Of a DNA stretch of 46,249 nucleotides, positions 12,545 through 23,566 are shown in pieces (within the stretch, counting starts at the first letter, position 1; each line of letters opens with the position of its first letter). The notes beneath the pieces are model-generated. The model ran no database searches and was not told where the DNA came from. It saw only the letters and a program-made list of their open reading frames with translations. The DNA comes from Leucoraja erinacea. Lineage: Eukaryota. A program made the position numbers and the translations under genes. The stretch covers positions 169,959,752-170,006,000 of the forward strand of contig NC_073377.1 in the NCBI RefSeq assembly GCF_028641065.1. Reading direction: 5' to 3'.

Positions 12545-13433
12545 GTATTGGATAATTATTGTCATGTGCTGAGATGCAGTAAAAAGCTTTATTTGTGTGT
12601 TATCCAGTCAAATCACATTATACATGTCAAGTCAATCACAAATATAATCGGTACCTTATAGAATGATACAAGGGTACAGAATATAGTGTAATAGCATGAT
12701 TGCATTACAGATACTGAAGTAAGTGCATGGGCCACTGTGAGGTAGATTGGAAGATCCTAACTTGAGGGAGGATCCTATTATCATTAGTCTGATAATAGCA
12801 GGGAATGTGTTATTCCTCAACCTAGTGTAATGTGCTTTCAAGCTTTTGTATTATCTGCCTGATGGGAGGAAGTGGGAATGACCAGGGGGAGAGAGATCCT
12901 TGATTATATTGGCAGCTTTCATGAGGCAGTGTGAAGTGCAGACACAGTCAGTGGTGGGATGTTGCTCTGTGTGATGGACTGGCCTACATCCACAACTTTC
13001 TGCTGTTATTTGCATTCTTGGGCAGAGCTGTTTCTAAACCTAGCTGGGATCTATACCGATAGGGGCTCTCTGTACATCTGTAGACGTCAATACGAGTCGT
13101 TGGAGTCATGCCAAATGTCCGTAGTCTTCTGAGGAACCAGAGACATTGGTGAATTCTCTTGGCCTTATCTTCAATGTGGTTGGTCCAGGACATATTGTTG
13201 GTGATATTTACAGCTAGGGACTCAAAGCTCATGACCATCTACTTTGGCACCGTTGACACTGACTGGGTTGTGATCTCGAGGTCAATAACTAGTTTCTTCA
13301 TTTTGCTTACAATGAGGGAGAAGATTGGTGTCCCCAATGTTACTAATCTCTCTATCTCCTTCCTGTATTCTGTCTTGTCATTGTTCAAGACCCTGGCCCT
13401 AATGGCGGTGTCATCTGCAAACTTGTAAATGGA
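12545..13433 (-). mobile_element. Rex1/Babar-type LINE remnant including the RT motif
   Basis: Minus strand gives KFADDTAI near 13400-13425 and SWTNHIEDKAKRIHQCLWFLRRLRTFG. Confidence 0.75.
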
Positions 13434-13888
13434 GTTTTGAGTTGCTGTGCTTTCACTGAAGAGCGAACCATTGTGTTTGTGTTAACATTTAGTTTCAAAT
13501 GTCCAACTGAATCTGTTATCATGCTGTTATCCTTTGAATGCTACACTAATATTTGATTGTACCACCATTGCACCAATGCTAATGTAACATTGAGTAAGAG
13601 TTGCCGGGGGGGGGGGGGGATGTCTTAGCACTGTGTCTGATATTGAATATTACATCAGGGTGCTTGATGTTAACTTGTTTTACCAAAACAAGTTCCCATC
13701 ACTGGGGACTCTCAGAGATTCATCCCATGTGCTCCCCTTGATCTTCGTAATTTGTGAACAAATCATTTCACATATGGGATTTGCCAGAGCATTCAGATGG
13801 ATTAGCGGAGAACTGTGAAACTAAATGTTAACACTAACCCAATGATTCACTCATCAGAAAAATCAGTGAAATCGCAGCAACTGAAAAC
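13434..13888. mobile_element. Old MITE-like element with ~60-bp imperfect terminal inverted repeats
   Basis: GTTTTGAGTTGCTGTGCTTTCACTGA...GTGTTAACATTTAGTTTCA is mirrored by TGAAACTAAATGTTAACAC...TCAGTGAAATCGCAGCAACTGAAAAC. No TSD is visible. Confidence 0.6.
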
Positions 13889-14194
13889 AGCAAGTATTCC
13901 ATTCCCACTAAGGGCCTTTTATGAAAGATGCTTCACCAGTCACATTTCTCAGTTGTGAGGGATACTTTGCATAAGTTTAAGGGAAAGATATCCTTTAAAC
14001 TGAAGAGAAAATTGTAATACTGTTTAACATGTAATTATCCACAAACTTAAGTTGCCTGTTGGATCCTTTAAGTACTGTCTGCGTTGGAGTATCTTCACTA
14101 TAAGTATGGGGCTGTGTGCTATGTAGATCTGTAAAGACCCAAATTCAATCCACGTTCTTACAAAAGACAAATAGTTGATTTGTTTCAATTGGAT

Positions 14195-14575
14195 TGGGAC
14201 CTCATTGAAACTTACCGAATAGTGAAAGGCCTGGATACAGTGAATGTGGAGAGGATGTTTCCACTAGTGGGAGAGTCTAGGACCAGAGGTCACAGCCTCA
14301 GAATTAAAGGATGTTCCTTTAGGAAGGAGATGAGGAGGAATTTCTTTAGTCAGAGGGTGGTGAATCTGTGGAATTCATTGCCACAGAAGGCTGTGGAAGC
14401 CAAGTCATTTGACATTTTTAAGGCAGAGATAGATAGATTATTGGGTGTCAGGGATTATGGGGATAAGGCAAAAGAATTGGGTTAAGAGGGAAAGAAAGAT
14501 CATCTATGATTGAATGGCAGAGTAGACTTGATGGGCCGAATGGCCTAATTCTACTCCTATCACATGAACTTATGA
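14195..14575 (+). mobile_element. CR1 LINE 3' end
   Basis: DLIETYRIVKGLD...[11 protein letters not shown]...RRNFFSQRVVNLWNSLP plus the GGGCCGAATGGCCT tail. Confidence 0.9.
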
Positions 14576-14626
14576 AGGGAATGTGAAGTTCCTGTTCAGA
14601 TCTGAAGTTCATGGTTGATGGAGAGA

Positions 14627-15049
14627 TGATAGTTCTCCCCATGATAGCTCTCCCCTCTCCCCATGATAGCTCTCCCCATGATAGATAGCTCTCCCCATGA
14701 TAGATAGCTCTCCCCATGATAGATATCTCTCCCCATGATAGATATCTCTCCCCATGATATCTCTCCCCATGATATCTCTCCCCATGATAGATATCTCTCC
14801 CCACGATATCTCTCCCCACGATATCTCTCCCCACGATATCTCTCCCCACGATAGATAGCTCTCCCCACGATAGATAGCTCTCCCCACGATAGATAGCTCT
14901 CCCCACGATATCTCTCCCCATGATAGATAGCTCTCCCCATGATAGCTCTCCCCATGATGATAGCTCTCCCCATGATAGCTCTCCCCATGATAGATCTCTC
15001 CCCATGATAGCTCTCCCCATGATATCTCTCCCCATGATATCTCTCCCCT
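14627..15049. repeat. Minisatellite of ~15/19-bp units CTCTCCCCAYGATA(GATA)K
   Basis: Seen directly; it is the source of the three overlapping repetitive minus-strand ORFs. Confidence 0.95.
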
Positions 15050-15585
15050 ACTCTCTGCCAGTGAAGTATAAAGCGATCCCAGATCATTTTGGCTCACACA
15101 TCACCTTCACCTCTCACCACCACCACCATCTCCAGAGCCGTTAGCAACGGGCAATAAATGCTGCATGGTACACGACACCCACATCACACAGAAGGGGTAG
15201 TCATTTATATATTACTTTTAATGAAATGAAGCATTCTCAGTGTTCATGAGGGCTATCACTAAACAAACTATGACACTGAAGATTTGGTCTGACAAACCCC
15301 TTGGAATGGAAACGTTAGCTGTGTTTCTCTTTCCTCTAATGCTACCTGACCTGTTGCATATTTCTAGTATTTAGATTTTGTTTTGGACTTCCATCATTGA
15401 CAGTTTTGATTTTCACAATAGATTAGTTGGTGTCTGTAACACAACATGACAACATAGGCCATTATTTCTATGAGAGAAAATCAAAGTGGATTAATTTGCC
15501 ATGAGCTTAAATGCCTGCAAGAAGCAACAACATACACCTGCCGTGTTCCACTATTTAAACTTGAGTATACCTGAGTTGTTATAGG

Positions 15586-16040
15586 TTAAGAAAGAACTTC
15601 AGATGCTGGAAAAATCGAGGTAGACAAAAATGCTGGAGAAACTCAGCGGGTAAGACTATGGAGCAAAGGAATAGGTGACGTTTCGGGTCGAGACCATTCT
15701 TCAGACTGATGTGGGGGGGGGGGGGGGGGGGCGGTGGGGGGGCGGGAAGAAGAAATGAAGAGGTGGAGACAGTAGGCTGTCGGAGAGCTGGGGAGGGGAG
15801 GGGAAGGATGGAGAAAGCAAGGACTACCTGAAATTGGAGAAGTCAATGTTCATTCTGGCCATGAGTGAGTCCCACCGCAAATTGGAGCAGCAGCACCTCG
15901 TATTTCGCTTTGGTAGTTTATGACCCCAGCGATATGAACATTGACTTCTCCAATTTCAGGTAGTCCCTGCTTTCTCCATCCTTCCCTTCCCCTTCCCAGC
16001 TCTCCCACAGCCCACTGTCTCCAGCCTTCCCTTTCTTCTG
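15586..16040. mobile_element. Penelope-like element remnant with inverted arrangement, GIY-YIG C-terminus and hammerhead-like core
   Basis: Plus strand 15864-15960 encodes SESHRKLEQQHLVFRFGSL...MNIDFSNFR. About 15770-15853 is an inverted copy of about 15934-16023. Minus-strand CTGAAGA-ATGGTCTCGACCC-GAAACGTC at 15677-15704. Confidence 0.8.
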
Positions 16041-16711
16041 AAATTCACACGATGCAAAGCCAAGGTGATATAGACACACACCGCGATGAACAGGAAGGTT
16101 AAAGATGGCTAGCTTAGTGTATGGTAAGTCCTTTAAAAGAGCGGGGCGGGGGGAGAGGGGAGAGGGGGGAAGGATGGGGGGGGGGGGGGAGAGGGGGAGA
16201 ATGGGGGGGAAGAATGGGGGGGGAGGGGGGGAAGAATGGGGTGGGTGGGGGGGGGGGGGAAGGGGGGGGGGGGGGGGGAGAAGGCGGAAGAAGGAGTGGA
16301 GATACTTTTAAAAAGCCAGACAACCTTTAATAAGCCAGAGATACACCGCTGTGAAGTTTGGCGGCATTCAACATTACCAGTCAGTTTTCCTTGGTTCCCA
16401 ATGAGCCAATGAAAGTGCCCGGTCAGCAAAGGAGATGAACTAAAACTACCTCCGGCCACCTTGACCACCTCCAACGACACGGTGACCCCACTATTAGCGG
16501 CGACCACACTGAGGCCGCGATTAATTCCCAGAATGTGGGAACTCCTCGCGACCATGAAGGAGACTCACCAGAGACCACCAGAGACCACCAGAGACCACCA
16601 GCGAACACGTGGCGAACACGTGGCGAACACGTGGCCACCATGTGGTGATCATGAGGCGAGCGCAGAGTCTCCTGCACGCGCCTAAAAAGTCGTCTAAGTA
16701 GAACAGGCCCT
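16040..16711. mobile_element. One-ended Harbinger-type non-autonomous element with a G-rich tract
   Basis: Right end AAGTAGAACAGGCCCT|TTA resembles the TIR of the 9424-9601 MITE. Internal repeats (GAGACCACCA)x3 and (GCGAACACGTG)x3. Left TIR not found. Confidence 0.55.
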
Positions 16712-17509
16712 TTAATAGTTTTAGAAATAATGTATTAAGAAACTGCAAAAGGATGAAGTTATTCATCCTAACAAACATCACATTTAACACACATTTTGCA
16801 AAGAACTTTTACAATTTGTTTTTTTTTCCATTGACGTTTGCTCCTCCTAAAGACTGTCTCACTTACACACTGTACTATGGCTATTGATACAGTCTCTGTT
16901 CATGAGGGCTGTGACAGTGATTCGCAGCAAGCTACCCGATGATACGAGACAGTAAAAGTGGGCCCAGAACAACCCCCTACAAGGTTTGACACAGATTTTC
17001 CGACAGGGACTGCTGGATGGAGCAGAGTCGCAGAGGTTCTCATGATCTCCTGCTGTAACTTCAGTGGGAATCTCAGAGAAATGGAGTGAGTTGCTGCTGC
17101 CTGTGCCTTCTGCCCAGCATCTCCACTTAGCTTATGACAGGACGTCAGCCAATCTCCATCACCATTCAAATCTCAGATCTTTTTGAGTGGAACGGCACTG
17201 GTTCTGTTTCCATTTTTCAAGTCAGTGAACACAATATTATGCCCTGACAAAGTAACATAGCACATACCAAGAGTGAAAACCTCAAAAGACTTTCACAAAT
17301 ATATTAGATGAAAGAGGATGTCTGGGAGTAATGTGATACATTACCGGTAGATGCAAGAGTTGCTCCAAATGACAGAAATGGCAGACAAATCTCTTGAATT
17401 GATTCTCATAAATCACAGAAAACTTAAAATCAAAAGGAGGAATGAACTTACTTACTGAAGTAAGTAACTTAACTGAACTGTATGCAAAAAAAGAATTTTA
17501 CTGTACAGT

Positions 17510-17723
17510 GTATAGGAAGGAACTGCAGACACTGGCTTAAAATGAAAATTGACACAAAATGCTGGAGTAACTCAGCGGGCCAGGCAGCATCTCTGGAGAA
17601 GGAAGGGGTGACTGGAGAAGGAAGGTACACAAGACTGAAGAAGGGTCCCGACCTAAACTGTCACCCATTCCTTCTCTCCAGAGATGCTGCCTGTCCCGCT
17701 GAGTTACTCCAGCATTTTGTGTC
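17510..17723. mobile_element. Penelope-derived fold-back unit
   Basis: 17551-17599 is a near-perfect inverted repeat of 17675-17723. Degenerate CTGAAGAAGGGTCCCGACCTAAAC. ACTGTACA on both flanks. Confidence 0.75.
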
Positions 17724-18204
17724 ACTGTACATGTAAACATGTGATACTAATGAACCATTGAAACATTGAAGTGAATTTGATTCAAGTACAAAACATAGCA
17801 ATACTAAATTAAGTCTAAGGGCGAGGTTTGCAATGTTCTTCACCCCAAGGTATCTGACAATTCAGGTAAAAAGGTTTTTTGATGCATTTACCATTTCTAA
17901 AGTTGCAGATACCACTGGGGTGTAGATGGAAGCGGACATTCTGCAGAATGATGTTGATGGATTTAAGTGGGTGAGCAACATTTTGGCAGAGGATCTAATA
18001 CAGGAAAGTGTAAGCTCTTTGATGAATTCAAACATTCAGATGGCCAGATACAGCGATCACTAAAGTAGACAGATTCAGTTAGACTGGTGCAGAAACAAAT
18101 TATAAACGCTGATGCATTTTTGACCTGGATCTTGAGTGAGCTGGAATACTCATTGGTGGAATTTACAGGTACATAAAGCTCGTAATATAGCAGGAATTCT
18201 GAGG

Positions 18205-18505
18205 CTATGACCTCTGGTCTTAGACTCTCCCAGTAATAGAAACATCCTCTCCACATCCACTTTATCCAGGCCTTTCAATGAGGTTCCCCTTCATCATAAT
18301 AAACTGCTGTGAGCAGAGTCCTAGTGTTTCCAAATGCTCATCGTATGTTTCCCATTCATTCCTGGGATCATTCTCGTAAATCTCCTCTGGACCTTCTCCA
18401 ATGCCAGCACATCCTTCCTCAGATATGGGGCACAAAACTGCTCACAATGCTGCAAATGTGGTCTGACCAGCCCCTTATAAAATCTCAGCAGTACATCCCT
18501 GTATT
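18205..18505 (-). mobile_element. CR1 LINE fragment
   Basis: The reverse complement resembles the [14 protein letters not shown] region of CR1 ORF2. Confidence 0.7.
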
Positions 18506-18774
18506 CATGGTCTGATGTACTTTATACACATTATATTGGTGGTGGCATCTCATCAATGGTAATACTATTTTGATCAATACTATTGATCATCTAGGATAGG
18601 TGGTGAGACTTTCTGGTTGGAGATGCTCATAGCTGGAATGTCACAGAACAGTCTTTTACTGAATGCTATTATCTGGGATGGCTTATTCAACATATGGCCT
18701 TGGACTATGAGTGTCACTTTGACACTGGGATGCTATACTCCTGAGTTTGCTATACTTCTGAGAGGCACTCAGCA

Positions 18775-18926
18775 GGGCCGGTTCAGAGCAGCTATAGCTC
18801 TGGGAATGAAGCTGTTCCTGAGTCTGGAGGTTCAGGCGTAGAAGGCCTTGTAACGTTTGCCGGAGGGAAGTAGTTCGAACAGTACATTACAAGGGTGTGA
18901 AGAGTCTTTATGGATGCTGATGGCTG
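18775..18926 (-). mobile_element. Rex1/Babar fragment
   Basis: Minus strand reads AISIHKDSSHPCNVLFELLPSGKRYKAF...RLRNSFIPRAI. Confidence 0.75.
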
Positions 18927-19189
18927 CAGCTGTAAACATATTGGTGCAAGTCAATAACAACATTTATAAGACACATGAGCAGGTGTATGGTTAAGAAAGA
19001 TTTATTGGGATATTCCAAATGTGGGCAAATGGGACTGGCTTAGATGGGACATCTTGGTCGTCATGGAGGAGTTGTACAGAAGGGCCTGTTTCTGTGCTGT
19101 ATGCCTCTATGCCTCCCAAGTCTTTGGAGAGAAGGACATTTACCTGAATGTACCCCCAATGTTTACCTGAATGTACCTGAATGTACCCC

Positions 19190-19735
19190 CATACGGCATC
19201 ACTTCCTGGTACGGGAGCTGCAAGGCGTACGAACGGCACCAACTGGACAGGATAGTGAAGACCGCAAGCAGGATTATTGGTGCTCCACTCCCCTTCCTGC
19301 TGGACATATACAAGAAGAGATGTATCAGCAGAGCCATCTCCATCATCAAAGACCCTTACCACCCATCGCATGACATTTTCTCCATCCTGCCATCTGGGAA
19401 GAGGTACAGGAGCATTAACTGCAAAACCAGCAGGATGCTCCTCAGCTTCTTCCCACAGGCTATAAAACTGTTAAATGGACTTTGCCCCCTGCCAAGTATC
19501 GCGCACAAACCCCCACACTGCAGCAGAGCCACTGTTGTGCCGCTGCCGGTCGGAACGGCTGTTGAATGTTTAGTAGAGTGTTAAATTTGTTCATGACATG
19601 TATTTTTTAATTTTAATTCCTATTTATTTTTTAATGCAAACTGAATGGACACTGGTTGAGCAACGTTTTTTTGTTTCCTCTGGGTATGCGAATACTAAGG
19701 AAATGACAATAAAGATTTACAATTACAATTACAAT
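19190..19735 (+). mobile_element. Rex1/Babar LINE 3' end
   Basis: GITSWYGSC...KDPYHPSHDIFSILPSGKRYRS...SFFPQAIKLLN, then AATAAA and a (TTACAA)n tail. Confidence 0.85.
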
Positions 19736-20369
19736 GTAAGAACTTAAAATTCAGTTATGGCAGTTAGGTTCAGCGTTGAGCCTAATGCGATTGGTGACTG
19801 CAAATGTGCCATCTATGAACTAATTAAGATGTATGGGCATAGGACATGTTGGCATCATTATATTATGTATATAATATAAACATCCATTGGAGACACAAGA
19901 GATTGAAGATGCTGAAATCTTGAACAAAAAAAACAAAATGTTGGGGGAACTCAGGGGGTCAGGCAGCAACTGTGGAGGGAAGGGCCAAACGGCAAAAGTC
20001 TGAAGAAGGGTCCTGTCCCGAAACATTATCTGTCTATTTCTCTCCACAAAACCACCCTTTGTTCCCCTTGGGTTGCCTTTAAGTCACAATAAGATATGTA
20101 CGATCCATGTCTTGAAGATCCTAGTGTCTCACAAATATTCTACTAGTTGGAACTTATCCAACATTCTCAGAATTATTCACTTATCCTCGAACACATGACA
20201 GATGGTGATGGTGATAGTTATCAGTCCTGATTGGGATCAGTAGCTGAAGGAAAGGTCAGGGAAAACATCATTGTGGCATTTGATTGCCCTTGATTGCTAG
20301 AGGCTGACTTGCAGTCAAAAAGCAGCGGCCAAGATTCCCTCTGAAACATGAGCGGCATCAGGTTTAAAA

Positions 20370-20725
20370 TCATCAGAGGAATAGACGGGTAGATGCACAG
20401 AATCTCTCACCCAGAGTTGAGGAATCGAGGACCAGAGGAGATAGGTTCAAGGTGAAGGGGAAAAGATTTAATAGGAATCTGAGGGGTAACTTTTTCACAC
20501 AAAGGGTTGTGGATGTATGGAACAAGTTGTCAGAAGATGTAGTTGAGGCTGGAACTATCCCAACATTTAAGAAACAGTTAGACAGGTACATGAATAGGAC
20601 AAGTTTGGAGGGATATGGACCAAGCGCAGGCAGGTGAGACTAGTGTACTGGGACATGTTGGCCGGTGTGGGCAAGTTGGGCCGAAGGGCCTGTTTCCACA
20701 CTGTATCACTCTACAACTCTATGAC
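20370..20725 (+). mobile_element. CR1 (HER1-like) LINE 3' end
   Basis: RGNFFTQRVVDVWNKL...FKKQLDRYM. The tail GGGCCGAAGGGCCTGTTTCC is shared with the V-SINEs. Confidence 0.88.
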
Positions 20726-21442
20726 TGCACGTGCCAACAGTACGACTTACTGTTGCAATGAAAGTCATTCTTCATGTCTTTGTTCCTTTTATGAAACCAT
20801 GTGTGCCACTTATGTCAGAGGAAAGGGGCATATTGCAGCAGCTTGCAAACCTAAGCACAAGGCAGCAGATGGTAACAATGTTTTCAAAAGCAATATCAGC
20901 ACAAAGAGAGAAGTTCTCATAAGTAACAAAGAAGAGATCTCATACAATATTATATTCAACGCAGGTGAAGCAGAATTTAATCTGTACAGCATTCATTCTA
21001 CTGATGGTCATAGCCCTGATTGATAGCATGTCACTAGTAATATATTTTGATACAATAGCAGGTTGTCCCATTAAGGATAATGACACAAATAAGAACAAAT
21101 AAAGTTCAGTCAAGTGCCTTTTGTGAGGAGCACAGGCAGTCTGCAAATTTATTTAGGAGAAGTTTTAAAAGTATTAAACCATGTACAATACAATAAAAGA
21201 TCCAGTACCTAACCTTGCCGAAGCTCACCAGAGTGGACATCCTCCTTTATTGAACGTTCAGAAAGATGTATTCAGTTTCCAAACAAATACTCTAAGATCA
21301 TACTTGGAGACACTGTTGTCCAGGTAAGGTGACATCTTCAAACAAGCATATATAGGAATCACCAGATATAAGGCATGAATATGGATTAAACCTTGTGTCA
21401 AAGCAGAGTATCGCAAGCAAGCAACGCTTCCTTATTCTTAGT

Positions 21443-21629
21443 ATGTAGGAAGGAACTGCAGTTGCTGGTTTAAACAGAAGATAGACACAAAATGCTGGAG
21501 TAACTCAGGCAACATCTCTGGAGAGAAGGAATGGGTGATGTTTCGGGTCTAGAAGCAGGGTCGTGAGCACAAACGTCACCCATTCCTTCTGTCCAGAGAT
21601 GATGCCTTTACCGCTGAGTTACTCCAGCA
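21443..21629. mobile_element. Penelope-derived fold-back unit with a 15-bp target-site duplication
   Basis: TTCCTTATTCTTAGT at 21428-21442 and 21630-21644. Internal inverted repeat TGCTGGAGTAACTCAG...CTGAGTTACTCCAGCA. Confidence 0.8.
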
Positions 21630-21640
21630 TTCCTTATTCT

Positions 21641-21947
21641 TAGTTCAGTTCAGGGAAACAGCATGGATACAGGCCCTTCAGCCCACCAGGTCCATGCTAA
21701 CCATTGATCACCTGTTCACACTAGTTCTACATTAGCCCACATTCACTCTATACACACTGGGGACAATTTACAGAGGCCAATTAACCTGCCTGCCTTTGGA
21801 ATATGGGAGAAAACCAGAGCACCTGTAGGAAATCCACTTGGTCACCAGGAGGACTTACACACTCCACACAGACAGCAGCCGGGGCTCGGATCAAACCAGG
21901 TCACTGGTGCAGTGAGGTGGCTGTGAACCAGCTGCACCACTGTGACA
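21641..21947 (-). mobile_element. HE1-like V-SINE
   Basis: Same family as 1486-1790. Confidence 0.82.
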
Positions 21948-22385
21948 CTCTCGAAGAGCCACGAGGAAAAGCAATTTGATGAACTAGAAAGGAATGGAAT
22001 TTTGGTGGAAGTAATTCATAAATAAGTAGTTACATCTAAGCTGGATAAACAATGTAATTGTGTGGCATCTACAATACAAAGTAACAAAGGCAGTCGTTAA
22101 CTCTGCTGCTTTGCAGCTTCAAAGGCTCGAGTGTAATCCTGACTTTGGGTGTTGAATGTTTTCCCACTGACAAGCAGATTTCTCCTTGTTCAATGGTTTT
22201 TTCTTACATGCCATGATGTATTGGGTGGTAAGTTATCTAATTCTTTGTAAGTTGCCCCTAATGTACAGTGCCCTCCATAATGTTTGGGACAAAGACCCAT
22301 CATTTATTTATTTGCCTCTGTACTCCACAATTTGAGACTTGTAATAGAAAAAAAAATCACATGTGTGTGGGAGTGATCAGTGTGT

Positions 22386-22562
22386 NNNNNNNNNNNNNNN
22401 NNNNNNNNNNNNNNNNNNNNNNNNNNNNNNNNNNNNNNNNNNNNNNNNNNNNNNNNNNNNNNNNNNNNNNNNNNNNNNNNNNNNNNNNNNNNNNNNNNNN
22501 NNNNNNNNNNNNNNNNNNNNNNNNNNNNNNNNNNNNNNNNNNNNNNNNNNNNNNNNNNNNNN
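22386..22562. other. Assembly gap (177 N)
   Basis: Run of N. Confidence 1.
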
Positions 22563-23566
22563 AGACCCAACGGGTCTGCACTTGGTCTAGTTATAATATA
22601 AAACTCTGATCTTGGATGTTTACTTGTGGGGATGTTTGTTTCCTTGAGCTTTCTCTTTGATTCGCATCTCTTCAAAAACCCGTTGAAATGTTTACATATT
22701 CCGGTAGAGATTTACCTCATGATTTCAAAAATCACCTAATCTGTAAATTTGATTCATTATTTCCCGAGTTTTTTTTACACAAAATTGTGCACCAATCTGA
22801 CATTTTTTTTAATTTAATGCACTGAAGCCAGCTGGATAACGTCACAATGCCTTTGCTCCTCGCACAGAGAGTTTTCAACGCACAGCCATGAGCTGTGACT
22901 TACATGGCCAAGCCTCCCCTCACTGCCCCCCCCTCCCTCTCCTTCCCCCCCCCTCCCTCTCTTCCCCCCCTCTCTCCCCCCTCCCTCTCTCCGCCCCCCC
23001 TCCCTCTCTCTGCCCCCCCTCCCCTCTCTGCCCCCCTCCCCTCACTCCCCCCCCCCCTCACTGCCCCCCCTCACCGCCCCCCCCTCCCCCCTCTCGGCCC
23101 CCCCCTCCCCTCTCTGCCCCCTCCCCTCTCTGCCCCCCTCCCCTCTCTCTGCCCCCCCCCCTCCCTCTCTCCCCCCCCTCCCCCCCCCCCCCCCCCCCCT
23201 CCCCTCCCTCCCCTCCCTCGGCCCCCCCCCCCCCTGCCCTCTCGGCCCCCCCCCCCTCCTGCCCCCCTCCCCTCTCTGCCTCCTCTCGCCTCTCTGCCCC
23301 CCTCCCCTCTCTGCCCCCCCCCCCCTCCCCTCTCCCCCCCCCCCCCCCCCTCTGGCCTGCCCCCCCCCTCCCCTCTCTGCCCCCCCCCCCCCCCTCTCTC
23401 CTGCCCCCCCTCTGCCTCCGCTCCCCCCCCCTCCTCCCCTCCCTCCCCCCCTCCCCTCTCCCCCCCTCCCTCTCTAGGGAGTGGTGAATATTGGGACCTA
23501 TGGATGAGCGGTGGAGTATTGCATTCAGGAACCAGTTCTCTCCTGTGACGCTCCCCCCACCCAAAG
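22563..23566 (+). mobile_element. Probable non-autonomous Helitron sequence nested in the Tc1 element, with a C-rich minisatellite (22913-23475)
   Basis: Hairpin AGACCC-AAC-GGGTCT followed 9 nt later by CTAG|T (22587-22591), the Helitron 3' signature. The sequence that follows is unrelated to Tc1. Confidence 0.5.

Larger units (their letters stand above)
20730..22090 (+). mobile_element. Highly decayed Gypsy/Ty3 LTR-retrotransposon internal remnant, interrupted by later insertions
   Basis: Zinc-knuckle-like CSFYETMC...KGHIAAAC. IGITRYKA*IWIKPCVKAEYRKQATLPYS near 21350-21438 and FDELERNGILVEV near 21975 resemble the Gypsy protease-RT junction. Confidence 0.55.

Noticed and set aside
14448-15097. 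Three overlapping repetitive ORFs (SWGEL/YHGER/IMGRD), and a possible CRISPR-like array
   Set aside because: These are translations of a stop-poor minisatellite. The units are contiguous with no unique spacers, and the context is eukaryotic.
16105-16330. Gly/Pro-rich ORFs
   Set aside because: A G-rich low-complexity tract within a repeat.
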